Shown here: positions 9,264 through 18,502 of the stretch, piece after piece
Numbering within the stretch: the first letter of the stretch is position 1
Layout of the letters: every line of letters begins with the position of its first letter
Source: Delftia acidovorans NBRC 14950
Lineage (GTDB): Bacteria > Pseudomonadota > Gammaproteobacteria > Burkholderiales > Burkholderiaceae_C
Reading direction: 5' to 3'
DNA length: 32,000 nt
Assembly (NCBI RefSeq): GCF_001598795.1
Contig: NZ_BCZP01000003.1
Coordinates: 300,001 to 332,000 of the forward strand
Translations under genes and position numbers: made by a program
The notes under the pieces: model-generated
The model's input: the letters and a program-made list of their open reading frames with translations, nothing else
What the model was told of the DNA's origin: nothing
Database searches by the model: none

Positions 9264-9333
9264 GGCCCGCAATGCGGGCATTTTTTCATCGCCGGGCAGC
9301 CTCCAGATGAAAAAGCGCCCCCTCGCAGGGGCC
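9264..9333 (-). repeat. composite triple-hairpin intergenic repeat, copy 1 (serves as the ypfJ terminator)
   Basis: Reverse complement reads GCCCC-tgcgag-GGGGC, TTTTTCATC-N15-GATGAAAAAA, then GCCCGC-att-GCGGGC. The central 34 nt match copy 2 at 29 of 34 positions, ungapped. Confidence 0.7.
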
Positions 9334-9372
9334 GGCGAAGCTTGCGCAGCAACGCGAGCGTGGGGGTACTTC

Positions 9373-10251
9373 TCAGAGGGAAGCGGCCGAAAAAGTGTCG
9401 CAGGACTTGACGCTGCCGGTACGCAGGCCGGTGCTGAACCAGCGCTGGCGCTGGGCGCTGGTGCCGTGCGTGAAGCTGTCCGGCACCACGGCGCCGCCGC
9501 CTGCGCGCTGCAGGGCGTCGTCGCCGATCTTGGATGCCGCATTCATGGCCGACTCCACATCGCCCTGCTCCAGGATCTGGCGGGCGCTTTGCGCGCGGTT
9601 CGCCCAGACGCCGGCCAGGCAATCGGCCTGCAGTTCCAGCTTGACCGACAGGTGGTTGTACTCCACCTTGCTGACGCGGCCACGGGCGCGGTCCACCTGG
9701 GCGCTGATGCCCAGCAGGTTCTGCACGTGGTGGCCCACCTCGTGGGCAATCACATAGGCCTGGGCGAAATCGCCGGGCGCGCCCAGCTGGTTCTTGAGCG
9801 TTTCGTAGAAGCCCAGGTCGATATACACCTTCTGGTCGGCAGGGCAGTAGAAGGGCCCCATGGCCGACTGCCCCGTGCCGCAGGCCGTGGGCGTTGCGCC
9901 ACGGAACAGCACGAGCTTGGGATCGGTATATTGGGCGCCGCCCTGGCGGAACACATCGCGCCAGACATCTTCGGTATCGGCCAGCACGGTGGAGACAAAG
10001 CGGGCGAGCTTGTCATCGGCCGGCGGCTTGTGGGCCGGGCCCTGAGGCTGCTGCACCTGCACCGGCGAGCCGCCGCTGAGCGCACCCAGGATGGTCAGCG
10101 GGTTGATGCCCAGCACCCAGCCGCCGACCAGGGCGATGACGATGGTGCCGATGCCTATGCTGCGTCCGCCGAAGACGGGGCCGCCGCCACCGCCACCCTC
10201 GTCACGGCGGTCTTCCACATTGTCCGACTCGCGGTTGCCATCCCATCTCAT
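9373..10251 (-). CDS. ypfJ: YpfJ-family putative neutral zinc metallopeptidase with an N-terminal membrane anchor
   Basis: N-terminus MRWDGNRESDNVEDRRD, then a Gly run, a TM segment, the HExxH motif (IAHEVGHHVQ) and C-terminal VPDSFTHGTSAQRQRWF, all as in E. coli YpfJ. The track start 10260 is GTG. The ATG at 10251 has AGGAG 8 nt upstream. Confidence 0.85.
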   Translation of the reverse strand: MRWDGNRESDNVEDRRDEGGGGGGPVFGGRSIGIGTIVIALVGGWVLGINPLTILGALSGGSPVQVQQPQGPAHKPPADDKLARFVSTVLADTEDVWRDVFRQGGAQYTDPKLVLFRGATPTACGTGQSAMGPFYCPADQKVYIDLGFYETLKNQLGAPGDFAQAYVIAHEVGHHVQNLLGISAQVDRARGRVSKVEYNHLSVKLELQADCLAGVWANRAQSARQILEQGDVESAMNAASKIGDDALQRAGGGAVVPDSFTHGTSAQRQRWFSTGLRTGSVKSCDTFSAASL

Positions 10252-10359
10252 GGTGTTCACTCCTGGATCTGTGCTGCAGCCTGCAGCATCGGGCGGCGAT
10301 ATTACGTCGGAACCTGCGGGACTGCAGCGACCGCAACTGCGGCAATGATACGGCGTGTA

Positions 10360-10725
10360 TCAGCGCACGGGCTGCACCGCCATGGGGGCGGTGGCGGGTG
10401 GCGCCTGGCTGCGCAGGACCTGCTCGCGGGCCACCAGCACCATGGCGGCCAGCAGCGCGGCGACGATGCCCAGGCCGATGACGACCGCCAGGCCCAGCCC
10501 CCATCCGCCGCGCCTGCGCCGCTCGCGTGCAGGCTCGCCGGGCCGGCGGGGCGCGGGAGCCTGCTCGCTGGGCGGCTGCTCGCGCTGCCACGGCTCGGGC
10601 GCGGGTCCGCGCCGCTGCTGCTCATAGCGCGGAGCCGATTCCTTGCGCGGAGCTTCGGGCCGCGCCGAACCGTCCCAGCGGGGCTCTTCGCGCGGATAAG
10701 AAGGCTTTTGTGACATAGGCGACAT
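10360..10725 (-). CDS. hypothetical small membrane-anchored protein: Pro/Arg/Glu-rich N-terminal region plus a single TM helix
   Basis: Fills an otherwise empty gap and shows strong G/C third-position bias in this frame. Contains the RRRRGGW stop-transfer-like motif followed by GLGLAVVIGLGIVAALLAAMVLV. The start is uncertain (ATG 10725 or 10716) and no clear RBS is present. Confidence 0.5.
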   Translation of the reverse strand: MSPMSQKPSYPREEPRWDGSARPEAPRKESAPRYEQQRRGPAPEPWQREQPPSEQAPAPRRPGEPARERRRRGGWGLGLAVVIGLGIVAALLAAMVLVAREQVLRSQAPPATAPMAVQPVR

Positions 10726-10817
10726 CGTAGTGCCTGCGCAGGCCCTCACGGGCCTGTGCGCAGCACTGGACACATCGCGAATTGGTCGATCCAAGCCTAC
10801 TGTGTACAGTCGCGGCC

Positions 10818-11765
10818 ATGAGCCATTCCAGCATGCCCTCCTCCACCGCCCTTGACGCCCAGGCCACGGCCGGGCTGTTGCCCTGGAACGAACTGGCTGA
10901 AGAGATCGCCGCCGTGCTGCTGCAGCCCCAGGCAGCGCAGGTGCCGGCGCGCATCGTGATGCCCCTGCCGGCCGGTGGCAGCCTGTTTTGCATGCCCGCC
11001 ACCGACGGCCAGGTGGCCATGACCAAGCTGATCAGCTTCACGCCCGGCAACGCCGGCACGCCGCGCGCCACCATCCAGGGGGATGTGGTGGTCTTCGACG
11101 TGGCCACAGGCGAGCGCCGCCTGATCCTGGACGGCCCCACGGTCACGGCGCGGCGCACGGCCGCCGTATCGCTGCTGGCCGCGCAAAGGCTGGCGCCGAA
11201 TCCGCAGGGTCCGTTGCTGATCGTGGGCGCCGGCGTGCAGGGCCTGGCCCATTTGCAGGCCTTTGCCGCAGGCCTGGGCGTGAGCGAGGTTCAGGTGGCA
11301 TCGCGCAGCGCGCAGAGCGCCCAGGCGCTGGTCGACCAGGCCCGGGCCATGGGACTGCAGGCCACCGCCGTGCAGGATGTGGAGGCGGCGGCGCGCCACT
11401 GCCCGCTGATCGTGACCTGCACGCCCGCCCGGGCCGTCGTGCTGCGCGAGGCGCCGCGCAGCGATGCCTTCATCTCGGCCGTGGGCGCCTTCACGCCGCA
11501 GATGGTGGAGCTGGCACCCGGCCTGTGCCAGGGCTTGCTGCAGTCGGGCCGCGTGGTGGTCGATACCGGGGATGCGCTGCATGAGGCCGGTGACCTGCTG
11601 CAGGCCGGCATCGATGTCGCCGCCCTGCCCACGCTGGAGCAGGTGGTGCGCGAGCAATGGCCGCGCTCGGATTCGCCCGTGCTGTTCAAATGCTGCGGCT
11701 GGGGTGGCTGGGATCTTGCAGCCACCCGCCTGGCCATGCGCCGGGCCGCACTCCAGAACAGTTGA
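10818..11765 (+). CDS. ornithine cyclodeaminase / mu-crystallin family protein (possible ketimine or pyrroline-2-carboxylate reductase)
   Basis: Trimmed to the ATG at 10818. Contains FCMPA..., GPTVTARRTAAVSLLAA and the Rossmann motif LLIVGAGVQGLAHLQAF. Length is about 315 aa. Confidence 0.75.
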   Translation: MSHSSMPSSTALDAQATAGLLPWNELAEEIAAVLLQPQAAQVPARIVMPLPAGGSLFCMPATDGQVAMTKLISFTPGNAGTPRATIQGDVVVFDVATGERRLILDGPTVTARRTAAVSLLAAQRLAPNPQGPLLIVGAGVQGLAHLQAFAAGLGVSEVQVASRSAQSAQALVDQARAMGLQATAVQDVEAAARHCPLIVTCTPARAVVLREAPRSDAFISAVGAFTPQMVELAPGLCQGLLQSGRVVVDTGDALHEAGDLLQAGIDVAALPTLEQVVREQWPRSDSPVLFKCCGWGGWDLAATRLAMRRAALQNS

Positions 11766-11780
11766 AAGCGGATTTCTGCG

Positions 11781-13532
11781 TTGAACGAGCTTTTCCCCCC
11801 GGATTCCCCCGCCCCGGATTCCAGCACCGCGCCCAGCCGCTGGCAGCGCCTGGGCCTGCGCACGCAATTGGCACTGGTCTTCGGCTCGCTGCTGGTGGGC
11901 GTGACGGTGCTGATGTCGCTGGCATTCGGCGAGCTGCTGCGCTGGCGCATGGAGCGCGAGGTCAGCGCCTCGCTGCATGCCCTGGCCTCCAACGCCGCCC
12001 GGCAGCTGTCCGATGGCCTGTTCAGCCGCGCCCATACCGTGGAAGTGCTCGCCGCCTCGCCGGAGCTCTGGATCCAGGGGCTGGAGGCCCCGGGCGTGGG
12101 CGCACTGCTCAACCGCGCCCGTTCGCTGACGCCCACTAGCCTCTGGATCGGCGTGGCCGACGCCGAGGGCACGGTGCGCAGCGCGACCGACCAGGTGCTG
12201 GTGGGCCTCGATGTCAGCGACCGGCCCTGGTTCGAGCCGGGCCTGCAGCGCGTCCATGTGGGCGATGTGCGCGCCTCCTCGCCTGCGATGTCCGCCTTGC
12301 TGCCGCCTGCGGCCGACGGCGCGCCGCGCCGGTTCATGGACTTCGCGGCGCCCATTCGCGTGGGCGATCTCACCCAGGGCGTGCTGTGCATGCACAGCAG
12401 TTGGGAATGGGTGCGCGAAACCATGCAGACCCTGCAGCAGGCCGACAGCGCCGACCGGCAGATCGGCCTGTTCATCTTCGACCGGCGTGGACGGCTCATC
12501 CACGCGCCGGGCGACAGCCTTGAGCCGTTGCTGGCCCTGGACCAGCGCCTGCCGGTGGCCCATACCGTGTCTGCCGATACGGCCGATGCCACGCTGCAGC
12601 CCGTACAGGTGGCGCGCTGGCAGGACAGCCCGCAGAGCTTTCTGACGGCCACCGTGCCGCTGCAGGCCCACAACCGGGCAACGGCCATGGGCTGGCACAT
12701 CGTGGCCCGGCAGCCGCATGACAGCGCCTATGCGCCCGCGCGCCAGGCCATGCACCAGGTGCTGGCCGGCGGCCTGGCAGCCGCGCTGGTGGCCGCCGTC
12801 ATCGCCTGGCTGGTGGCGCGCAGGCTGAGCCAGGATCTCAAGCGCCTAGCCCGTGCCGCCAATGGCATCGACGGCAGCGGTGCGGCCTCCGACATCCCGC
12901 AGCTGCACAGCAGCCGCGAAGTGCACCGCCTTTCGCAGGCGCTGCGCGGCAGCATTGCCCAGTTGCGCTCGGCCAACGAGGCCATGGAGCGCCAGGTGCG
13001 CGAGCGCACGCTGCAGCTGCAGCAGGCCAATGCCGAACTGGAGCACCAGGCGCGCAGCGATCCGCTCACGGGCCTGCTCAACCGCCGGGGCTTCGACTTC
13101 CAGCTGGACTTCGCCATGGCGCTGGCGCGCCGCAGCGGCCGCCCCTTGAGCGTGCTCGTCATCGACGTGGACTACTTCAAGCGCATCAACGACCAGCACG
13201 GCCATGACATGGGCGACGCCGTGCTGCGCACCCTGGCGCGCGCCTTCCGCATGCGGCTGCGCGAGTCCGACGTGCTGGCCCGCATGGGGGGCGAGGAATT
13301 CCTGGCGCTGCTGCCCGACACCACGGCCGATGCCGCCGTGGTCATTGCCGAGCAACTGCGCGAACTGCTGGCCGCCACGCCCATGGCCCACGGCGAGCCC
13401 GTCACCGCCAGCGTGGGCGTGGCCACGCTGCGCGGCACCACGGACACGGCCACCGCCATGCTGCGCCGTGGCGACGAAGCGCTGTACGAGGCCAAGGGCG
13501 CAGGCCGCAACAACGTGCAGCTGCAGCGCTGA
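11781..13532 (+). CDS. sensor diguanylate cyclase (TM, Cache-like periplasmic domain, TM, HAMP, coiled coil, GGDEF)
   Basis: Begins with TTG at 11781, 15 nt after the preceding stop. Cache-type motif [10 protein letters not shown]. Second [17 protein letters not shown], followed by HAMP. GGDEF domain with active site GGEEF and I-site RESD 5 residues upstream. Confidence 0.85.
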   Translation: MNELFPPDSPAPDSSTAPSRWQRLGLRTQLALVFGSLLVGVTVLMSLAFGELLRWRMEREVSASLHALASNAARQLSDGLFSRAHTVEVLAASPELWIQGLEAPGVGALLNRARSLTPTSLWIGVADAEGTVRSATDQVLVGLDVSDRPWFEPGLQRVHVGDVRASSPAMSALLPPAADGAPRRFMDFAAPIRVGDLTQGVLCMHSSWEWVRETMQTLQQADSADRQIGLFIFDRRGRLIHAPGDSLEPLLALDQRLPVAHTVSADTADATLQPVQVARWQDSPQSFLTATVPLQAHNRATAMGWHIVARQPHDSAYAPARQAMHQVLAGGLAAALVAAVIAWLVARRLSQDLKRLARAANGIDGSGAASDIPQLHSSREVHRLSQALRGSIAQLRSANEAMERQVRERTLQLQQANAELEHQARSDPLTGLLNRRGFDFQLDFAMALARRSGRPLSVLVIDVDYFKRINDQHGHDMGDAVLRTLARAFRMRLRESDVLARMGGEEFLALLPDTTADAAVVIAEQLRELLAATPMAHGEPVTASVGVATLRGTTDTATAMLRRGDEALYEAKGAGRNNVQLQR

Positions 13533-13610
13533 GTCGGCCCCGCGCCGCTTTTCCCGCCCTCGATTTCCTGAATGCCGCAAAACACCTGTGCGGTAAAAAA
13601 CACCACACTA

Positions 13611-13627
13611 ATACTCAAATTGAGCAT
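13611..13627. promoter_or_regulatory. 17-bp imperfect palindrome upstream of nadA; candidate operator
   Basis: ATACTCAAATTGAGCAT, with 7 of 8 arm positions complementary around a central A. It lies 49-65 nt upstream of the nadA ATG and overlaps a -10-like TATCAT (13626-13631). Confidence 0.45.
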
Positions 13628-13675
13628 ATCATTCGCAGCCATCACCTGCCTTTTCCACAGTCCCGGACGGCCACC

Positions 13676-14809
13676 ATGCAGCTCAAATCCGTGCAGTACG
13701 ACAAGCCCCATTTCTCCCTCGCCGGCCAGTGCGGCATCGGCGAGGCCTGGGCCCGCATTCCTCCCGAACTTGACCGAGCCCAGCGCCTTCGGACCGCCGA
13801 GCGCATACGCGCCCTGCTGCACGAGCGCGATGCCGTGCTCGTGGCCCATTACTACGTGGACGGCGAACTGCAGGACCTGGCGCGCGAGACCGGCGGCTGC
13901 GTGGGCGATTCGCTGGAGATGGCGCGCTTCGGCGCCCAGCACCAGGCCAGCACCCTGGTCGTGGCCGGCGTGCGCTTCATGGGAGAGACCGCCAAGATCC
14001 TCAGCCCGGAAAAGCGGGTGCTCATGCCCGACGACGACGCCAGCTGCTCGCTGGACCTGGGCTGCCCGGCAGACGAGTTCAGCGCCTTTTGCGACGCCCA
14101 CCCGGACCGCACGGTCGTGGTCTACGCCAACACCAGTGCGGCGGTGAAGGCGCGCGCCGACTGGGTGGTCACCTCGTCGGTGGGACAGGACATCGTGGCC
14201 CACCTGCACGCCTGCGGCGAGAAAATCCTCTGGGCGCCCGACCGCCACCTGGGCGCCCACATCCAGCGCCAGACCGGCGCCGACATGCTGCTGTGGCATG
14301 GCTCCTGCCTGGTCCATGACGAATTCAAGGCCGACGAACTGGCCGCCATGGCACTGGAGTATCCGCAGGCCGCCATCCTCGTGCACCCCGAGTCGCCGGC
14401 CGCCGTGGCCGCCCAGGCCGATGTGGTGGGCTCCACCACTCAGCTCATCAACGCGGCTGGCCGGCTGCCCACCGACACCTTCATCGTCGCCACCGACCAG
14501 GGCATCCTGCACGACATGCGCATGCGCTACCCGGGCAAGACCTTCCTGCCGGCGCCCACGGCCGGCCAGGGCGCCACCTGCAAGAGCTGCGCCATGTGCC
14601 CCTGGATGGCGATGAACAGCCTGCAGGGCGTGGAACTGGCGCTGGAGCAGGGCCTGTGCGCCATCGAGGTGGACCCCGCCATTGCCCAGGCCGCGCGCCG
14701 CCCCATCGAACGCATGCTGGCTTTCGCGGCCGGCCACCGCCAGCCCGTGCGCGCCAGCGGAGACCTTGCGCGCGATGCGGCGCTCTTCCAGCATTTTGGT
14801 CCCGCCTGA
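13676..14809 (+). CDS. nadA: quinolinate synthase
   Basis: 377 aa. Contains [42 protein letters not shown] and a Cys-containing C-terminal region ([12 protein letters not shown]). Confidence 0.9.
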   Translation: MQLKSVQYDKPHFSLAGQCGIGEAWARIPPELDRAQRLRTAERIRALLHERDAVLVAHYYVDGELQDLARETGGCVGDSLEMARFGAQHQASTLVVAGVRFMGETAKILSPEKRVLMPDDDASCSLDLGCPADEFSAFCDAHPDRTVVVYANTSAAVKARADWVVTSSVGQDIVAHLHACGEKILWAPDRHLGAHIQRQTGADMLLWHGSCLVHDEFKADELAAMALEYPQAAILVHPESPAAVAAQADVVGSTTQLINAAGRLPTDTFIVATDQGILHDMRMRYPGKTFLPAPTAGQGATCKSCAMCPWMAMNSLQGVELALEQGLCAIEVDPAIAQAARRPIERMLAFAAGHRQPVRASGDLARDAALFQHFGPA

Positions 14810-14819
14810 GGAGCACGCC

Positions 14820-16322
14820 ATGACCCAGCCCTCCATGGACGTACTCATCATCGGCGCCGGCCTGGCCGGCATGGCCGCCGCCCTGTCACTGCCGCCGCAT
14901 CTGCGCGTGGCCCTGCTCAGCAAGGGCGCGGCCGAGGAATGCGCCAGCGCCTGGGCCCAGGGCGGCATTGCCGCCGTGCTGGATGCACAAGACAGCATCG
15001 ATGAACACGTGGCAGACACCCTGGTCGCGGGCGCAGGCCAGTGCGATGCACGGGCCGTGCGCGCCATCCTCGAGCAGGCGCCTGCCGCCATCGATTGGCT
15101 GGTGGCCCACGGCGTGCCTTTCACGCGTGACGACAGCGGTGGCCTGCACCTCACGCGCGAGGGCGGCCACGGCCGCCGCCGCATCGTGCATGCCGCCGAC
15201 TGCACGGGCCAGGCCGTGCACGCCGCCCTGCTGCACGCCTGCCGGGAGCGCGCGAACATCGATTTGCATGAGCACACCAGCGCGCTGGACCTGCTGACCG
15301 AAGGACAGCCTGCGCACTGCACAGGCGCGCTGGTGTGCCTGCCCGATGGCCGCCTGCAGCGCTGGCATGCCGCGCATACCGTGCTGGCCACGGGCGGGCT
15401 GGGGCAGGTCTATCCCGCCACCACCAACCCGGCCACCGCCACGGGCGACGGCGTGGCCATGGCCTGGCGCGCAGGCTGCCGCGTGGGCGACCTGGAGTTC
15501 ATGCAGTTCCATCCCACGGCCCTGCAGGTGGGCGGCCGTGCGGCCGGCCTGGTCTCCGAGGCATTGCGCGGAGAAGGCGCCCTGCTGCGCCTGCCGGACG
15601 GCACGCGCTTCATGCCTGCCCATGACGAGCGGGCCGAACTGGCGCCGCGCGACATCGTGGCCCGGGCCATCCGGCACGAGATGGACCGCCATGGCCTGGC
15701 CTTCGTGCACCTGGACATCACCCACCGGCCACGTGCCTGGTTGCAGGCGCATTTCCCGGGCGTGATGGCCCTGTGCGCCAGCCATGGCATCGACATTGCC
15801 ACGCAGCCGATTCCCGTCGCCCCTTGCGCCCACTACGCCTGCGGCGGCGTGCTGGCCAGCATCGACGGGCGCACGGATGTCGATGGCCTGCACGCCATTG
15901 GCGAGGTGGCGCGCACCGGCCTGCACGGCGCCAACCGGCTGGCCAGCAATTCGCTGCTCGAATGCGTGGTGATGGGGCGCGCCGCCGCCCGGGCCATCGC
16001 GCAGCAACCGGCTGCCGCCCCTGCGCCGGCCCGGCCGACCGAAACCCTGCAGGCCGGCGCACAGGAGCAGGACACGGCAGCCGTCGCGCAGGAGTTGCGC
16101 CAGCTCATGCAGGACTGCGTGGGCATACAGCGCAGCGACCAGGGCCTGGCGCAGGCCGTGCAGCGCATTGCGGCATGGCGTGAAAGGCTGGCACCTGCCG
16201 CAGGCCATGCGCTGCGCAATCAGCTCGATGTCTGCTGGCTCATGGCCACGGCTGCCGCCGCACGGCGCGAGAGCTGCGGTGCGCATTCGCGCATCGACGC
16301 GGCCCTGGCGCTGGTGGAATGA
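14820..16322 (+). CDS. nadB: L-aspartate oxidase
   Basis: Track ORF 14682..16322 trimmed to the ATG at 14820, with GAGGAG at 14808-14813. Contains DVLIIGAGLAGMAAAL, FMQFHPTAL and GLHGANRLASNSLLEC. Starts 10 nt after the nadA stop. Confidence 0.9.
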   Translation: MTQPSMDVLIIGAGLAGMAAALSLPPHLRVALLSKGAAEECASAWAQGGIAAVLDAQDSIDEHVADTLVAGAGQCDARAVRAILEQAPAAIDWLVAHGVPFTRDDSGGLHLTREGGHGRRRIVHAADCTGQAVHAALLHACRERANIDLHEHTSALDLLTEGQPAHCTGALVCLPDGRLQRWHAAHTVLATGGLGQVYPATTNPATATGDGVAMAWRAGCRVGDLEFMQFHPTALQVGGRAAGLVSEALRGEGALLRLPDGTRFMPAHDERAELAPRDIVARAIRHEMDRHGLAFVHLDITHRPRAWLQAHFPGVMALCASHGIDIATQPIPVAPCAHYACGGVLASIDGRTDVDGLHAIGEVARTGLHGANRLASNSLLECVVMGRAAARAIAQQPAAAPAPARPTETLQAGAQEQDTAAVAQELRQLMQDCVGIQRSDQGLAQAVQRIAAWRERLAPAAGHALRNQLDVCWLMATAAAARRESCGAHSRIDAALALVE

Positions 16323-16362
16323 AAAATGCCCCCCACGCTCCCCTTGCTGCGCAAGGTCCGCT

Positions 16363-16435
16363 GCCCCCGAGGGGGCTGCTTTTCATCTTGGGGCGGCCCG
16401 GCGATGAAAAAGGCCCGCAGCTTTCACTGCGGGCC
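16363..16435 (+). repeat. composite triple-hairpin intergenic repeat, copy 2 (bidirectional terminator between convergent nadB and dcd)
   Basis: GCCCCC-ga-GGGGGC followed by tgcTTTT, then TTTTCATC-N15-GATGAAAA, then GGCCCGCAG-ctttca-CTGCGGGCC preceded by AAAAA. Confidence 0.75.
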
Positions 16436-16456
16436 TTGTCTGCCGGGCCAAAGCCG

Positions 16457-17029
16457 TCAGGCCTTGGGAAGCGTCACGCCCACCTGGCCCTGGTACTTGC
16501 CGCCACGGTCGCGGTAGCTGACCTCGCAGACATCGTCGGGATCGCTCTCGAAGAACAGCACCTGGGCGCAGCCCTCGCCGGCATAGATGCGGGCGGGCAG
16601 CGGCGTGGTGTTGGAGAACTCCAGCGTCACATAGCCTTCCCATTCGGGCTCGAAGGGCGTGACGTTGACGATGATGCCGCAGCGCGCGTAGGTGCTCTTG
16701 CCCAGGCAGATGGTCAGCACGTTGCGCGGGATGCGGAAGTACTCGACCGTGCGCGCCAGCGCGAAGCTGTTGGGCGGGATGATGCAGCTGTCACCCTCGA
16801 AATCGACGAAGCTTTTCTCATCGAAGTTCTTGGGGTCCACCACGGTGCTGTGGATGTTGGTGAACACCTTGAATTCGGGTGCGCAGCGGATGTCGTAGCC
16901 ATAGCTGCTGGTGCCGTAGCTGATGATCTTGCGGCCATCGACGTTGCGAACCTGGGCCGGCTCGAAAGGCTCGATCATGCCGTGATCCTCGGCCATGCGA
17001 CGGATCCACTTGTCGCTCTTGATGCTCAT
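16457..17029 (-). CDS. dcd: dCTP deaminase
   Basis: Trimmed to the ATG at 17029 ([13 protein letters not shown]), with a GAGGA RBS. Contains [42 protein letters not shown]. Confidence 0.9.
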   Translation of the reverse strand: MSIKSDKWIRRMAEDHGMIEPFEPAQVRNVDGRKIISYGTSSYGYDIRCAPEFKVFTNIHSTVVDPKNFDEKSFVDFEGDSCIIPPNSFALARTVEYFRIPRNVLTICLGKSTYARCGIIVNVTPFEPEWEGYVTLEFSNTTPLPARIYAGEGCAQVLFFESDPDDVCEVSYRDRGGKYQGQVGVTLPKA

Positions 17030-17062
17030 GGCAATTCCTCGTTCCCTAGCTGCACTTGTCAG

Positions 17063-17090
17063 GCGCCAGCACCCGGCCGGGCACTGGCGC
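17063..17090. other. long GC hairpin between guaD and dcd
   Basis: GCGCCAGCACCCGG/CCGGGCACTGGCGC: about a 12-bp stem on the minus-strand RNA, including two G-U pairs. No U-tract. Confidence 0.45.
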
Positions 17091-17097
17091 AAAGGCG

Positions 17098-18390
17098 CTA
17101 TTTTGCTTGAGAAACGACGGTGCGCTCGATCAGGCGGTCATCGCCCAGGATGATCATGGCGAACAGCAGCTCGTCCAGGCTCTCGGCCTGGCGGGTCTTG
17201 CGCTCGAGCAGCGGCGTGCAGGCCGGGTTGATGACCACGAAGTCGGCCTCGCAGCCCGGCTGCAGGTTGCCCACCTGCCCCGCCAGGCCCAGGGCGCGCG
17301 CCGCGCCCGCCGTGTGCTGCCACCACAGGTTGCCGGGCGACAGGCTCAGGCCCTGCTTGGTCTGGCCCTCGCGGCCCGCCACATAGGCGGCCTGCATGGT
17401 GCGGAAGGGGCTGAAGCTCATGCCGCCGCCCACGTCGCTGGCCAGGCCGTAGAGGAACTGCGCGGCATCGGCCCGCGCAAAGTCGAAGAAGCCGCTGCCC
17501 AGGAACAGGTTGCTGGTGGGGCTGACGGCCGCAGCGGTGCTGCGTTCACGCATCAGTGCGCGGTCTTCGTCGTCCAGGTGAATGCAGTGCGCGTAGACGG
17601 CGCGCTCGCGCATCAGGCCGAAGTCGTCGTAGACCGACAGGTAGCTGCGGGCCTTCGGAAAGAGCTCGGCCACCCAGCGCACTTCGTCCAGGTTCTCGGC
17701 CACGTGCGACTGGATCCAGACATCGGCGTAGCGTGCGGCCAGCTCGCCCGCGCCGCGCAGCTGCTCGTGCGTGCTGGTGGGCGCAAAGCGCGGCGTGATC
17801 GCGTAGCCCAGGCGGTCCACGCCATGCCAGCGCTGGATCAGGGTCTCGGTGTCGATCAGGCTTTGCTCGGTCTGGTCGCGCACGCCGTCGGGGCTGTGGC
17901 GGTCCTGCAGGACCTTGCCCGTGATCATGCGCATGCCGCGCGCCTGCGACGCGCCCATGAGCGCATCGACCGAACCCGGGTGCGAGGTGGCAAAGGCCAG
18001 CGCCGTGGTCACGCCGTTGCGCTGCAGCTCGTCCAGGAAGAATTCGGCCACGCTGTCGGCATGCGCGCGTTCGCAAAAGGCCGACTCGTGCGGAAAGGTG
18101 TATTTCTCCAGCCAGGGCAGCAGGCCGGCGGCGGGCGCGCCGATCACATCGGTCTGCGGATAGTGGATGTGCAGGTCGATGAAGCCCGGCGCGAGGATGC
18201 GGCCCGGCAGATGGGTGACTTCGGCGCCCGGCTGTCCGGTGAACTGCGCCTGCAGCGCCTGCCAGCTGCCGGCGGCAACGACGCGCTGCTGCCCCCTGTC
18301 ATCCGGGGCGACGGCCAGCAGGCCGTCTTCGTCGTAGAGCGCCTGGCCATCGTCGGCAAAACGCAGCAATGAGGAACGGTAGATTTGCAT
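17098..18390 (-). CDS. guaD: guanine deaminase
   Basis: Trimmed to the ATG at 18390 ([11 protein letters not shown]). Amidohydrolase metal motif [11 protein letters not shown]. Also [26 protein letters not shown] and SDVGGG. Confidence 0.85.
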   Translation of the reverse strand: MQIYRSSLLRFADDGQALYDEDGLLAVAPDDRGQQRVVAAGSWQALQAQFTGQPGAEVTHLPGRILAPGFIDLHIHYPQTDVIGAPAAGLLPWLEKYTFPHESAFCERAHADSVAEFFLDELQRNGVTTALAFATSHPGSVDALMGASQARGMRMITGKVLQDRHSPDGVRDQTEQSLIDTETLIQRWHGVDRLGYAITPRFAPTSTHEQLRGAGELAARYADVWIQSHVAENLDEVRWVAELFPKARSYLSVYDDFGLMRERAVYAHCIHLDDEDRALMRERSTAAAVSPTSNLFLGSGFFDFARADAAQFLYGLASDVGGGMSFSPFRTMQAAYVAGREGQTKQGLSLSPGNLWWQHTAGAARALGLAGQVGNLQPGCEADFVVINPACTPLLERKTRQAESLDELLFAMIILGDDRLIERTVVSQAK

Positions 18391-18440
18391 GCCGCCAAGC
18401 TTAGCGGGCGGACAGGCAGATGCCATATCCGCAGCGCTAT

Positions 18441-18462
18441 AGGCGCCATCGGCAGGCGCCAT
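18441..18462. repeat. direct 9-mer repeat AGGCGCCAT x2 (13-bp period) upstream of guaD
   Basis: AGGCGCCAT-cggc-AGGCGCCAT. Each copy contains the palindrome GGCGCC. The pair lies 51-72 nt upstream of the guaD ATG. Confidence 0.4.
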
Positions 18463-18502
18463 CCTAGGGTTTACGCCAGGACCGGACGCCCCGCAGGCCG
18501 CA

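Noticed and set aside
13533-13675. NAD+ (nadA-motif) riboswitch or attenuator upstream of nadA
   Set aside because: There are no tandem bulged-stem domains. Only a short CCGCA...TGCGG hairpin and the palindrome reported above are present. A protein operator is the more plausible reading.
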